Source: Histomonas meleagridis 2922-C6/04-290x
Lineage: Eukaryota; Protista; Parabasalia
Length of the DNA: 60,163 nt
NCBI GenBank assembly: GCA_020184695.1
Contig: JAANOX010000250.1
Coordinates: 1-60,163, forward strand
Reading direction: 5' to 3'
Both the position numbers and the translations under genes were made by a program. Below the pieces are notes generated by a model that was not told the DNA's origin, did not search any database, and saw nothing but the letters and a program-made list of their open reading frames with translations. Below are positions 10,842-23,229 of this stretch, piece after piece (the stretch's first letter is position 1; each line of letters begins with the position of its first letter).

Positions 10842-12469
10842 ATGTATTATAATAATACGCAATCTAAAAATGAAAAAGATGATCAAGGTAATGTTGGTGC
10901 TTATTTTGATCGTCTTAAAGATTTAATTGCTAAAAATGATGGTACTCGTTCTTTTATTTTAAGAACTGAAGATTGTCATGATCAAAATGCACCTTTTAAT
11001 CAATCACAAGAAACTAGATTAAGAATCACTCATGGTGATCATATGGTTTCACAAATAACTGAAGGTTTTATTAATTTTAAAATTAGAATAACTGTACAAT
11101 TATCAAAAGCTATTTCATCTAGTAATTTACAAGATCCTGAGAATTTAGCTAAAATATTTATAGGTTTTAAGAGTTCTAATCAATTATTAGATCAATGACA
11201 AATTATGTCTAATAATATTTCTACTGGTTATCAACAAAATGAATGTTGTCGTGAAGGTTATTGTTATTCTACAATTAAACCTTATGCTGAAAAAAAAAAC
11301 TAGAAAATATACACATTCTTTATATGAAAAATGTTTCAGAATATTCTCAATCTGTTTGTGGTGCTTATGTTGATTTAAATACAATTGATGATGGAAATAA
11401 ACATGATATCGAATTTGAAATGAATCTTCCATTTGAAGATATATTAGCTTTACAAGCATTTGATTTATATCCGAATAGATTAGTTGGTGATATTGAATTA
11501 AAGTTTTATGTTAAACAAAATGGTTTAGTATGGTGTCAAGTAGATCCACGTAAAATTAAAGAAGTTAAAGAATTTTTAGAAGATTCTTCTATTAATGCTA
11601 CATTTAATAATTTACCTTTATTTACTCATGGTTTTACTCAAATAGGTAATTCTGCTAATATAACTACTACATTTAAATGTGATACTGAAACTAATCATAC
11701 TATTGATACTGCAACTGAGAATGTTTCTTTATATTGTACAGGTTTAACAGTAGTTTCATGTAAATCTAATATGTTTGGATTTGGAGTTAAAGAAGAAACT
11801 TTAAATAAAATAGCTCAAATACTTCAACAACCTGGAGGTTTAATAATTCCTTCACAACAATTAGATTATAATGCATTTGTCTTAGCTGCTACTGAATCTG
11901 GTATACAATCTACTATTAATATGCCTTTATTTAATGTTACAACTATTACAGTTGTATTTCCAAAACATGCTAATGATTATACTTGTTTTGATAATCCTAT
12001 TTATAATAATGTACAATTAACTATTGCAGGGCAAAATTATCCCGATGAACCTATTTCTACTTTAGGTGCAAGATTTTTACAATATCAATTAGTTGCTTCT
12101 GATTTAGATGGTGGTATACAATGTACTAAAGAATTTGAAGATTCTTTAACTATGGACAGAAATGCTTCTAATGGTACTAGATATAATAATACATTAAGTG
12201 ATGCTACTTCTTTTATGCTTAATATACAATGTGAACGTTCACGTGGTGGTTACGTATTTGATGGTTTAGATTCTAACGGTCAAAATATACCAATACAAAT
12301 TAAGGGGCAGCCTATATATACTCAAGCTAATGATACTTATTATAATGTAGATGATGCTGGAAATCATCCACCTCCTCCACAATTATTTATATGTCGTGAT
12401 ACTTATTTCACATTAGATTTACATAATGGATTGAAATATTATGCTAATGGTACTCCTGATGGTTATTAA
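10842..12469 (+). pseudogene. Putative major capsid protein (~540 codons), one nonsense and two +1 frameshifts
   Basis: Largest structural-looking gene, beta-strand-rich, beside a packaging ATPase. Lesions were located by comparison with the copy at 47378..48530. The fold is not verifiable by eye. Confidence 0.55.
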
Positions 12470-12659
12470 ATAAAAAGTAATTATTCAAAAAAATCATCAT
12501 ATTATCATAAATTGAATAAATGTGCAATGATTTAAAGAAATTATCATATAATCATATATTAAATAAACGTAAAATGATTTAAAAAACATCATAATAGCTT
12601 TAAATAAAACATTATATTTGTATAGTTTATAATGATGTACACTAAATTCATTTGTTCAA

Positions 12660-12879
12660 ATGGAAAGAGAGTACCCTGTCTCATTCATTCTCGACCACTA
12701 TTTCCGCATGGAAGTAACACACGAAGTCCTTTACTTCGTATTGCTATGGAAAGATGGATCATTCACAGCCAAAAGAATGTCTGAACAATTGCGATGTTTT
12801 TCTCAGCAATTATATTGATAAACTGATCAGACTCAACAAATGGGATCAGGTTGAAGCAATAATCCGATATCTACAATAA
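12660..12879 (+). pseudogene. Chromodomain-like small protein, frameshifted
   Basis: MEREYPVSFILDHYFRMEVTHEVLYFVLLWKDGS, paralogous to 44697..44927; Inr TCATTT just upstream. Confidence 0.6.
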
Positions 12880-13596
12880 ACAATTCCCAACAACAATTTT
12901 TTTTTATCACATTTTAGCAAAGATAAAAAACTGATAAGTCCATATTGATATAAAATATTGTTTTTCAATTAAATCAAACTTTTTGAGTACATCAGATGAG
13001 ATTTTTTAATATTTATAATTCTTATGACTTTCGTATGATTTATCAATTGTACCCTCAAATATTTTTTGTTTGAATAGTTTACTCGTATATTAAATGATTG
13101 ATTGATCGGTATATCATTACTTCATTAATCATTATACAGTGATGACGGTCCGTAAACCATTCAATTCCACTTTTAATAGCCAACGGCGACTACAATTCAC
13201 AGATTAAGGATACTCCAAAATTGCACGTTAATTTGCAACCTCACTGTATCGTACGATCATAAAATTGAATTACAATAATGTAATTTTCTGATAGATTAAG
13301 CCACACTGACTTTTTGAACTGAATAATGACTGTACTATCAAATATTTTTCGTTTGAATAGTTTACTGATCGTTTTACATGATCTCGATAAATTGATTTAT
13401 ATCTTAAGTTAGTACATAACTGTAAAAATCGAATCTATCGTTTATTCAAAAGTGTGAAAATACGATCGAAATCAATTAATTTTTTTAACACTGATCCCCT
13501 GTCCATAAAAATCACATAAAAAATCATTGTACATTTATTCATTCAAATGTGTCAGTTTTCGAACGTTAGAAAATATTAATGACATTAAGTTTTTAT

Positions 13597-13971
13597 TTAT
13601 AAAACATTTTGAGATTGATCATTTTGATTTTGAGGCATTATTGAGTAAGCATAATTTTGTAAAACATTCAATTTATCTACATAAGCATTATATTTATTTA
13701 AATCATTATTAAATATTTGATTTAATAATTCCATTTTAGATATTTGATAAGCTTGATCTAATTGTTCAGGTGTTATATTTTGTAAAGGATTTTTAATAGT
13801 AGGATGATATTTTTCATCTATAAATTTATAAATTTGTTTTCTTAATAAATTATGATATTTATTATATACAGTTACAGTTAATGTTATTACATTTTTCATT
13901 TTTTTAACAATAGAAAACGAAGGTTTAATATTTATAGCAGTAAAAATCACAATCTTTAAATTCTTGAGCAA
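13597..13971 (-). CDS. Unknown element-A protein
   Basis: Near-identical C-terminal ~95 aa are open at 42113..42403 (+). Confidence 0.55.
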   Translation of the reverse strand: MLKNLKIVIFTAINIKPSFSIVKKMKNVITLTVTVYNKYHNLLRKQIYKFIDEKYHPTIKNPLQNITPEQLDQAYQISKMELLNQIFNNDLNKYNAYVDKLNVLQNYAYSIMPQNQNDQSQNVL

Positions 13972-14070
13972 AGCATGTATAAAGAGCTTCCATTAATAAT
14001 AATGAATTGATTTTTATAAAATTATTTTTATTTTGGAGAAAACGATATTAATATTGATGTCATAGATAAT

Positions 14071-14835
14071 ATGATTGCTTATTGTTTATATAAAAATAAA
14101 CCTAAATTAAATGAAGAATTAATAAGTGAAATTCATCCAGTGGTGAATGTACCTTATAATTCTTTAAATATAGCATTAGGTAGAAAAAGAAGTGGGAAAA
14201 CTCAATGTATAATTAGAGGAATTATTAAAATTAGTAATATTAGTCCTAGAACTCATTTATTAATTTATATTAATAAAAACGGATTAAAAAATGATCCTAC
14301 ATTTGAATCATTAAAACCGCTAATAAAGATTACAATATTATATGTAGCTGAAAATCAAGCAGAAGATATAGTTAAAGATATATTAAAATGGAAACAATTT
14401 TATAATGAAATTAAAAATAATCATTGGGAAAATAAAATAGTAGATAATCAAATAACTGAATTATTTCAAAAATTATATATTAATAATTATAATAATTTAA
14501 CTATACATACTATAATATTTTTTGAAGATTGTGCTAATAGTCCTTTATTTAAAAAACCTACTAATTATTTTAATCAATTATTTACTAAATTAGCTCATAT
14601 TCAATGTTCTGTATTTTTCGCTGTACAATTTTGGAAATCTTTACCTGCTGAAGTTGAAGCTAATGTAAGTACTATATTTATATTTCCTAATTTCTCTAAG
14701 CAACAATTAAGTTAAATGTTAGCTCAAATACCATTGTCTTATACTAAAGATCAAATTTATTCAGTTTATCAAAAACTGTCAGGACATCAAAAAATGATCG
14801 TCGACGTGAATAATCAAAAAATAAAAATTGAATAA
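14071..14835 (+). pseudogene. A32/FtsK-HerA-like genome packaging ATPase, premature TAA at 14713-14715
   Basis: Walker A LGRKRSGKT, Walker B IIFFED, motif C KLAHIQCSVFFAVQ. The frame continues 39 codons past the stop to TAA 14833-14835. Confidence 0.8.
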
Positions 14836-14865
14836 AAAATGATAAAATAAAATTCATTTTTTTTA

Positions 14866-16176
14866 ATGTCATATAAAGAAAAAGGTATTGATAATGAATT
14901 AGCTACTTATCTCAATGTTCTTGGGTCGATATGGGTGCTGCTATTGAAAAATTAAAACAATTGCGAAATCAACAAAGCATTAAAACTATAAATGAACTCA
15001 ATAAACAAATAAACATCTGGCGAACACAAAAAACATCTGATATAGATGAGAATACTTTATGGGACGATATATTGACATATTTACAAAATATTGGACATCC
15101 ATTCTTTTATGAATTATCATTATTTCATCCAGATGTAGAAAAGGAGGACGCTCTTAAAGATCAAACAGAAAATGAAGAAGATCATTTTTCATCAATGCAA
15201 CCAACAGTAACTACCGAAGACATTAAACCAATTTTGTCTACCGAAATTCCACCATCGGGTTATGAAAAAATGGTTGGAAAATATCAAAAAAAAGAACAAA
15301 TACTAAAGGTTTACCATTACCTTTAAGACCTCATGAATATAAAATTAGAACTCCTGATGGTAAAATGTATGATTTTATAGAAGATAAATCAAAATATAAA
15401 TATACTGGAGGAAGTAATGTTATATTGGATGAAAATATGGATACATTAGCTCATCTTATTCTTGATTTGAAGAAAGATGTTTGTAAATGGATGGACAGTT
15501 AAACAACATGACCCCTATGAAAGACAATATATAAGATTTTTACAACAAAGATATGGTAGTCCACAAAATAGAAAATTTTTGAGAGCAAAAGGTCAACATA
15601 TAGAGGATTTCGATGAATTTATGGATAAATATGTAAGAAAAGTTTCATATGATGATAATAAGCCATTTGATGATCCTAGGGTAGAACCTACCCCAGAAGG
15701 TAGACAAATTATGGATACTGTTGATAAATTTAATTTAAAGTATTATCAAGATACAGGTGTTAGAGATGTTTATAAAAACACACAAACCAAGAAGGAGAAC
15801 AGCAAATCAAGTGTTTACTAGATATGTTATTAAGCCAATTTATAATGATTATCTTAAAGATTATCAAAAGAATAATGCTGATGATGAACAACTTCCTGTA
15901 AAGTTAGCTATGATTAAAAGAATGTTTTCAATACTTAGTGTATCTGCTAAATTTTATAATGACATTATAAAAACAAGAATGAATAAGATATTGGCAGGTC
16001 AGAATATTAAAGATGAGAAAACAGCTAAGAAATATATTAGAGAAGATACAGGAGAAAATTATTGGACAAGCGCTTCAAAGCAAGCAGTTTCTGAGATTTT
16101 ACTAGATAAGAATAAATTTGCAGATGGTAAATCATCATTATATAAATATATTAACACTAAACGTGGTTTCGAATAA
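14866..16176 (+). pseudogene. Single long unknown gene (~430 codons) broken into the listed ORFs 14931, 15477 and 15757
   Basis: Inr plus ATG at 14866. The bridge frame PLPLRPHEYKIRTPDG...DLKKDVCK*WTVKQHD links the pieces. No polymerase or helicase motif seen. Confidence 0.5.
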
Positions 16177-16202
16177 AAAATTTTTAAAATCATTATTTTT
16201 TT

Positions 16203-16724
16203 ATGATCAAAATAAGTGATTTCTCACCCCATGTAGGGAAGAATAATACTGAACATAATAGTTCTAGTGCTAATTGTAAAGTTATTATTAATAATAACAA
16301 TAGTGAAACACCAGCACATTATCCTGAAGTTAATGAAGAAACAAAAAAAATAATTACAAGAGAAACTGAACTTAATACTGATAATGCTAGTGCTTTATAT
16401 AAACATATAGCTTTAACATTTAGTGCAATATTAAAAACAAATAATATGAAATTAATAGCAAATTTAATTGATAATAGTGGAAAAATTATTATTAATGCTA
16501 ATGATTTAGTACAAGCTATAAGTTTAATTTTCTGAATGAATTTTAATCAAGTTAGATTAAGTTATGAAGATCCTGAACCTGGATGTTTAAAACATGTAAA
16601 TCCAATTAAAAAAGTTAACTCAATTAAGATTAATGGTTATGATTTTAGTTCTCAATATAATAAAGAATATAACACATTAATGGATGAATTTAATATATAA
16701 TTAGAAAAAGTATTTATTTATTAA
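16203..16724 (+). pseudogene. Unknown element-A protein, premature stops
   Basis: Intact 173-aa paralog at 41235..41756 (-). Confidence 0.6.
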
Positions 16725-17916
16725 AATTAATATGATAAGGCACAGGATTCAATAAATATCTTGGTACTGACATTTTTATACCTTTTTCATTATTATAAAT
16801 ATTATATTTACCTTTTTCGAAATTATCTACTATAAAAATATCTGGTAATATTTTTGATCTCTTTTTTAATTGATCTGTGTTATAAACTGTTACTGTTGTA
16901 CCAGGAGGTAAATAAAATCCTTCTTGATTTATAATTTTATCATTTAATTTATGTAACTCTAAACCAAAAGATTTTCTTTGATTAAAAGCTTCTATTGGTG
17001 AAATTTTTTTGTGATTTAATTGACTTAATGTTTTATGATAAGAATTATTATAATTACCGACAATTTTCTTCATATGATATGGATCTATTTCTTTTAAACC
17101 CATATTATCAGCCATATCTCTAATAGTTCTACAAATTCTATTTATTATAGCTAAAGAAGTATGAATAGGATAAGATTTATCTTCTAAAATTATTCTTTTT
17201 ACTGAAATTATTTTTACACCAGATAAATGTGCTACTATATATTGTAAAGGTTTCGATAAAAATGATTTTTCAGAATCACAATGTATAATTTTAGGATTAA
17301 ATCCTGCATTATATAAATTAAATAAAGCTTTAGCTATAGATTCTATTGATTTCTTTGTAGTTATTTTATCATTTATTTTTGTATTAGTATAGGCATAAAA
17401 TAAAAATCTAGACCTAATTTCAACTGCTAATAAATAACAATATTTTGTTTCTGTTTTAGTGGTTTCATCATAACCAGAAAAAAATAAATCCATTTGATAT
17501 TCACCTTTATTACCAATATATTTTAATTGGTATTTTTTATTTCTTATATAAGGAAAATAATTTATATTAGGTTTAAATTGAGGATCTAATTTTGAATAAT
17601 CAATATGATATGGAAGTAAATAGTTATCAAATAAATATTTGTTTTTCGAACGAGATTTAAAAACTGTGTTAATATAAGGTGAATTCTTAGAATCTTCATA
17701 TATATTATAATTACTATATATATTGTCATAAGGAAATTTACTAAAATATTGTAACAAATAATTACTATAAGCAGAATCGAATGTAAATACGTTCCCAATT
17801 TTATTATCAATTATTTCAATATCATATAAATATTTCCTTAATTCTTCACAATATTTATTAAATTTGAGAGGCTTTTTTTTAGCTTCAAAAACTCTACGTT
17901 CTATCATCTCATTCAA
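16714..17916 (-). CDS. Retroviral-type (rve) integrase of the Polinton c-integrase type
   Basis: GEYQMDLFF, YLLAVEIRSRF, IIHCDSEKSF, HTSLAIINRICRTIRD, YNNSYHKT. The frame extends upstream past a stop toward ~18300. Confidence 0.85.
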   Translation of the reverse strand: MNEMIERRVFEAKKKPLKFNKYCEELRKYLYDIEIIDNKIGNVFTFDSAYSNYLLQYFSKFPYDNIYSNYNIYEDSKNSPYINTVFKSRSKNKYLFDNYLLPYHIDYSKLDPQFKPNINYFPYIRNKKYQLKYIGNKGEYQMDLFFSGYDETTKTETKYCYLLAVEIRSRFLFYAYTNTKINDKITTKKSIESIAKALFNLYNAGFNPKIIHCDSEKSFLSKPLQYIVAHLSGVKIISVKRIILEDKSYPIHTSLAIINRICRTIRDMADNMGLKEIDPYHMKKIVGNYNNSYHKTLSQLNHKKISPIEAFNQRKSFGLELHKLNDKIINQEGFYLPPGTTVTVYNTDQLKKRSKILPDIFIVDNFEKGKYNIYNNEKGIKMSVPRYLLNPVPYHINFNK

Positions 17917-18993
17917 TTTTTTGATAATCGTTCTAATATAATATGTATAATGCTCTGGGATTGTTTTTCGTCCAGTTTTCCCATTAATAGGTGTAATTTT
18001 TTCAGTTTTGATAAAAAGTTTAATAAAATTATATTCAAATTGCTTATAATCGTCAAATTGTTTATTTTTGAATTGATTATCTGTTATTTAATCTAAGCTG
18101 ATATCTATATAATAATTAACTAAATTGTTGTATGTTTCAACTAATGGCTTTGTACCAGTATTAAATTCAGGTGTAAAATTAGACTCCCTATTATATTTTT
18201 CATTCAAAAAATTAATAAAATTTTTAAGACTCAAATTACCTTTTAATTGTGAATTTTGATTTTTTAATTTATTTTTAACTATTGTTTTCGATTAATATTG
18301 CATTTCTCTCTTTCTTTTATAAATTGGATTTATATAAAATGTAATAAAATATTTTTTTATTCTTTAAATACACTTAATAAATGTTCATCTATTTTACCTG
18401 TTACTTTACCAACTATTGAATTTAATATTTTAGTAGTTATTACTAAATCATCTGATAATTTATTACCATCAAATAATACTACATCACCAATTTCATAATC
18501 TGCAGTATTATTTACTTTAAAATGAAAATCTCCACGTGTAGCAAAATCAATAGTATCTTGTAAAATTTCTACTTTTTTTTTAATAACATCACCTATTGAA
18601 GCTTTATAACCAGTTTCATGTTTAGCTACACATATACCTAAATATTCTTTATATGTTCCTGATGTTTTAACTGATGGTATACAATCTGTTGTCGATGTAT
18701 TTGAAGTATATATACCATTTTCTTTCAGTGAAAAAACATTACCTGTTAAAAATACTGGTAAACCAATTTGAAATTGTGTTAAATCTTCTGAAACAGGAGC
18801 ATTATGAATAATAGTTGTATTTATTTGTGCAAGACCTCCAGTTCCTTCAAATGTATTAAATGTAGTTGCGATATAATATATTGCACTATATGTATAGACT
18901 CTAAACCAGTGAATTGACCAGTATCGGATTTTATATTTCCTGTATTAACAATGCCATTAGTGTTTACAGAGTACATAATTTCACTACAAACTA

Positions 18994-21321
18994 TTGGGTG
19001 TCCGGATAAATTTTAGTATCTTAATATCAGAAAATGCTACAGACAAAATTTTTATAGTAAAGTATACTTTACTCAATGTAATCACCCCCATTATCAATAC
19101 AGGCTTGGAGTCTCCTTTCTTATTCTCCAAAGACGGATTCAAGTTCATCTCTTGTGATCTTCTCCAATATTGACTTAATTGCCTCAAAGAGTTCATCATG
19201 ATTCTGAACCTTTTAATTCATTTTTATCTTTTTCAAAAAACCGTTAGCATTCTTTTTGGTGTTGAAATAATACTTCTAGGTCTTGTAAAAGGTTATTGAT
19301 CAGGCTGGAGCCATTGAATTTCAAAATCTTCTGTAAAATAAAACCAGCTCTCATCACCTGTTAAGAAGTACTTCCAAGATTGGTGACGTGCCTGTTGAAT
19401 AATTTCCAAAAGTTGTTTTGACTTATCAATACGTTGTAATTTTTGTTCATAAGAAAGTGTGTGGGGAACGAACCTTAAATGCTTCACAACAAATCCCATT
19501 TTGCGGAGATAATCATGGATTGTACTTTTTGGGATTCTTAAAGTTGTGCTCAATGTTCTGACACTGTGAAATGGCATTTGTTCTAATTGATCACAAATTA
19601 TAGGGTCAATAAAATTATCTGTAGATAAACCGCTACCAGTTTTCTTACCAGAATGTTTTGGCCTAATAACAATTTTCTACACCAATCTGTTATTGTGCTA
19701 TAGTGAACATTATTTTCATTAAAGTTTTTACAACATTTCTTATATATATCATTTGGCTTCAAATTTTTGCTGTACCAATATATGACGAGATGTTTCATAT
19801 GATCACTCATTTTAAAAATGAAAATTTGAACGTATTTTAAAAATAAACAAATTTTGTATCATTATTTTTACTATAACTCATAAACCAAATAAAAATAAGA
19901 TCCAATATTTATAGGGTGTTCCACCCCAACTGTTATATCTCACTCATTTTTTAAGTTTTTTTTAAATTTATTAATAAAAATGAAATGTTTATTAAATATA
20001 CTCTCCATTTGTTTCGATGACTTTTTTAAGTCTTTTTTCCCATTCGTCAAAAACGCTTTGCAATACATCTTTCGGTATATTTAATAATATTGAAGTCACT
20101 TTTTCTTCAACCTCTTCTCTACTCTCATATTGAAATCCTTCCATTTTTACTTTTACATACCCAAATAGGAAAAAATCTGAAGGAGCTATATCTGGGGAGT
20201 AGGGGGGATGAGGTGCCCTTTTGAGCTTGTTGGAGTCCATATATAAAGTTGTGAATCTCGACGTATGCGGTTTTGCATTGTCGGCATGTACAGCAATTTT
20301 TCTTGTGTCCTTTTTAAAGTTTGTACCATTCTTTCTGGAAAGTTTTGATAAAATATATTTTACATAATATTGTGAATTAAATGTTTCTCCCTTTGAAAGA
20401 AGAAAGTCAATAACTTTAAATCCGTGGCAATGTAAAAAAACCGTCAACATTACTTTTTTTTTGCGTAATATTCCTTTTGCTTATTGTATCTCGTGGTGTT
20501 CCTAGTGGTATCCATTGTCGAACATAATAATAATCATAATAATACCAGGACTCGTCACTCGTTATAAAATATTTATAACTGTTATGTCTTGCAATCTCTA
20601 ATGTCTTTAATAGTTGAATTGATTTGATGACTCTTTGTTTTTTAATATCTTCCCTCAGTAAATGTGGAACCCACTTTAAAAGTTTATTTTCATAGCCAAG
20701 CTTTTCAGTAAGATGCCTATATACAGTAGTGTTTGGAATCTCTGTTAACTTAGCTATTTGTCTTATTGAAGCATATGGAAATTTATCTAAAATTTCCAAA
20801 ATTTTTAAATCAACATTATCGTCAATAGGGGTAATCGGTTCACTAATGTTAGGTGACATTGTTTGATTAAAACTTCTTTGTCTGAGGTATTTACATACTG
20901 TTGAATATGAAATACATTCTTCGCCCAATATGATCTCCATTTCGGTATGAATCGCTTTTGCTGACATTCCCTTCATCGCGAGATATATTGTGATTGATTT
21001 TTGATCAAGCTCCATAATGGAGGGGTAAAAATTTTAAACGTCATTTTTTTTGCATTCAATTAAAAAAAAAAAACGATTATTAGTTAATGATAGACTTGAA
21101 AAAAATTATTTTTACATAAAAAACGAAACCCATTAAATTTAGTGTTTTTATTTATATAAAAAATATAATTGTATCTATTCTATATAAGAAGATACTACGG
21201 TAGGGGTGGAACACCCTATAAAATAAAATATCACATACATTTAATGTATTTATATTTAAAATATTAAAAAATATTATGATTCAGCACAAACGCTGATACT
21301 AAAATTTATCCGGACACCCTA
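18994..21321 (-). mobile_element. mariner-like transposon (outer), deleted
   Basis: TIR T(T/A)GGGTGTCCGGATAAATTTTAGTATC at both ends, TA TSD. Transposase fragments 19293..19810 contain FLTGDESWF. Confidence 0.88.
19912..21218 (-). mobile_element. mariner (D,D,D) transposon (inner), full length with one frameshift
   Basis: TIR TAGGGTGTTCCACCCC, TA TSD. ORFs 20416..21015 and 19992..20450 carry ITSDESW, HADNA and YSPDIAPSD. Confidence 0.92.
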
Positions 21322-22463
21322 TATTTTATTACAACCTATTGCATCAAAAAATGAGGAGTTATGAAAACCATTTCCTTGTTTTGGTTTAAATGATATATCA
21401 TCTTCAATACATTGTATTCTTCAACTATAATCATTTTCATATCCATCACTAGTATGCATATATATATAAGGACCTGTTTCTAAAACACCATCGTTTTTAA
21501 TAACTGCAATTGAGAGAACACTAATATTTAAATTTGAATCTGAAGGAGATGAATCTAAAGCAAAACCATTAATTGTTGAACAATGGATATCTTCTGTATT
21601 TGAACCTATAGGAATATCTGTTAAATCATTATAACTATGTGTATGATTTGTTGCAGCATATTTTGTATCATGATTATGATCTTTTGAAGCATACTCAGTA
21701 TGTGTATGTTCTGAGGGTGGAAATTTTTCAGGTTTATCAGTTAAATCGTTATAACTATGAGTATGATCTGAAGGTGGAAGTGTTGCAGGTTTATCATTTA
21801 AATCATTATAACTATGTGTATGTTCTGATGAAGCATAATTTGTATGTTCATGATCTTTTTTAGCATAAATCTCATCATGATTATGATCATTTAAAGATAT
21901 CTTAGATGTATCTAAATTATTAATAGTTGTACATATAATATTACCATTACTTCCAAAACTTAATAATGAACCAGTTTTTGATTTAAAATCTAATGAATTA
22001 GTATTAGCAGTTATTCTCCATGTATTATCTTTATCATAATCTGCATTATTATGCATATCAATATATTGACCAACTTCTACAACACCATCTTCTTTTAATG
22101 TAATAATAGATGGTACATATAATTTTGTATCCCATTTACCACCTTCTGCAGTTGATAATTGAAAACCATTTAATGAAGTAACTTGTACATTCCCATTTAC
22201 TGTTAAATCATTATTTATTGTATTATGAGTATGACTTTTGGTAGAATATTTTTCATCTGATTGCGATTTATTATAATATAATTGAGGTAATGTAATCGAA
22301 GTTATAGTATTAAGTTTTTCTGTTATTTGATCATTTGTTGGATAATTTGCTAAAACTTCTTCTAAATCATCTTTATCAATGATTTCAGAAGCTTCAACAA
22401 CATTAGTTTTTATACCTTTCATAGCATTCTCAATACTAAACATTGTTAAAAAATGATTTTTAT

Positions 22464-22790
22464 TTAATAAATTAATAATAATTCTAACATAAAATATTCT
22501 GGTTCAATTTCTTTACCATTCATTTCTTTAAACCATATTTTAAAATTTGGTTTTCTACTTTTATATTCATATTTCTTATATTTAGTTCTATTTTCATTCG
22601 TATAAATACAAAAATAATCTTCATAATGATCACGTTCAATAAAATCAGCATGCATTGAAACATCAGATACTAAATAATCCTTAAATTTACACTTACATTG
22701 CTGTACTACAATATATCTAGTAGGATTTTGAGAATCCACAAATTCAGGCGGAAAACGGTTTTTTTTTGCGAAGTACAAAAATACGTTTTT
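22464..22790 (-). CDS. Small unknown element-A protein (~100 aa)
   Basis: FPPEFVDSQNPTRYIVVQQC...MHADFIERDHY...FMLELLLIY. The 5' part of the listed ORF is TIR sequence; the true start is uncertain. Confidence 0.5.
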   Translation of the reverse strand, partial: KNVFLYFAKKNRFPPEFVDSQNPTRYIVVQQCKCKFKDYLVSDVSMHADFIERDHYEDYFCIYTNENRTKYKKYEYKSRKPNFKIWFKEMNGKEIEPEYFMLELLLIY

Positions 22791-22989
22791 CAGACGAATT
22801 GTATGGCTCACAAAAATCATTTTGATTTTTGTAGCGAGCGGAGCGAGCACACTCGGGGGATTGAAGGGGTCTGAGGCCTCCGGAGGTGTCCTAAGACCCC
22901 GTAAATCCCCCCAGTGAAAACTTATAGTCATGACAATCCCAGGGACCCTAGGAGCCATGGGATTGTCCCGACCGCATTATATACCTACC
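22787..22989 (-). repeat. Right TIR of element A (~200 bp) with two GC-rich hairpins and GCTC repeats
   Basis: The reverse complement matches 45050..45132, 40626..40790 and 60057..60163. Confidence 0.85.
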
Positions 22990-23229
22990 AGACACGATTA
23001 AATATTGTACGATATCTTAATTCTTGATTGTGATTTAGTTTGATATATAATAATTGTTTCTTTTGATTCATCTCAATTAATGCAATGTATGATGTATACA
23101 ATGTCTATAACTTGCTGCTATATAATGATATATGTTTCAGCATCTGTGCTAAATTTTATTTTTGTTCAAAAAACATGGCGAAAATTGTAAATTGTTCAAA
23201 ATGAAATTGAATTAAAATATTTTTTCAGA

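Larger units (their letters stand above)
18357..22443 (-). pseudogene. Phage-tail-fibre-like protein, split by nested mariners
   Basis: HTH/HNH repeats (EHTHSYNDLNDKP, PPSDHTHSY) and two DGV.E.G.YI.MH modules. Removing 18994..21323 restores ...AIGCNKI|VCSEIM... in frame. C-terminal DCIPSVK...DFATRGDF...VFKE*. Confidence 0.7.
8945..22989. mobile_element. Integrated Polinton-like/virus-like element 'A' without detectable polymerase
   Basis: Perfect 16-bp inverted ends GGTAGGTATATAATGC (8945-8960, 22974-22989). Flanks AGATAC (8939-8944) and AGACAC (22990-22995). Contains integrase, packaging ATPase, putative capsid and fibre genes. Confidence 0.85.

Noticed and set aside
14866-16176. Possible degenerate protein-primed DNA polymerase
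   Set aside because: No PolB motifs (DxxSLYP, KxxxNSxYG, YxDTDS) were seen in the joined frames, and it is too short.
22791-22958. N-terminal extension MAPRVPG... of ORF 22464..22958, and ORF 40675..40992
   Set aside because: These read through GC-rich TIR hairpins, and the frames are not conserved between TIR copies.
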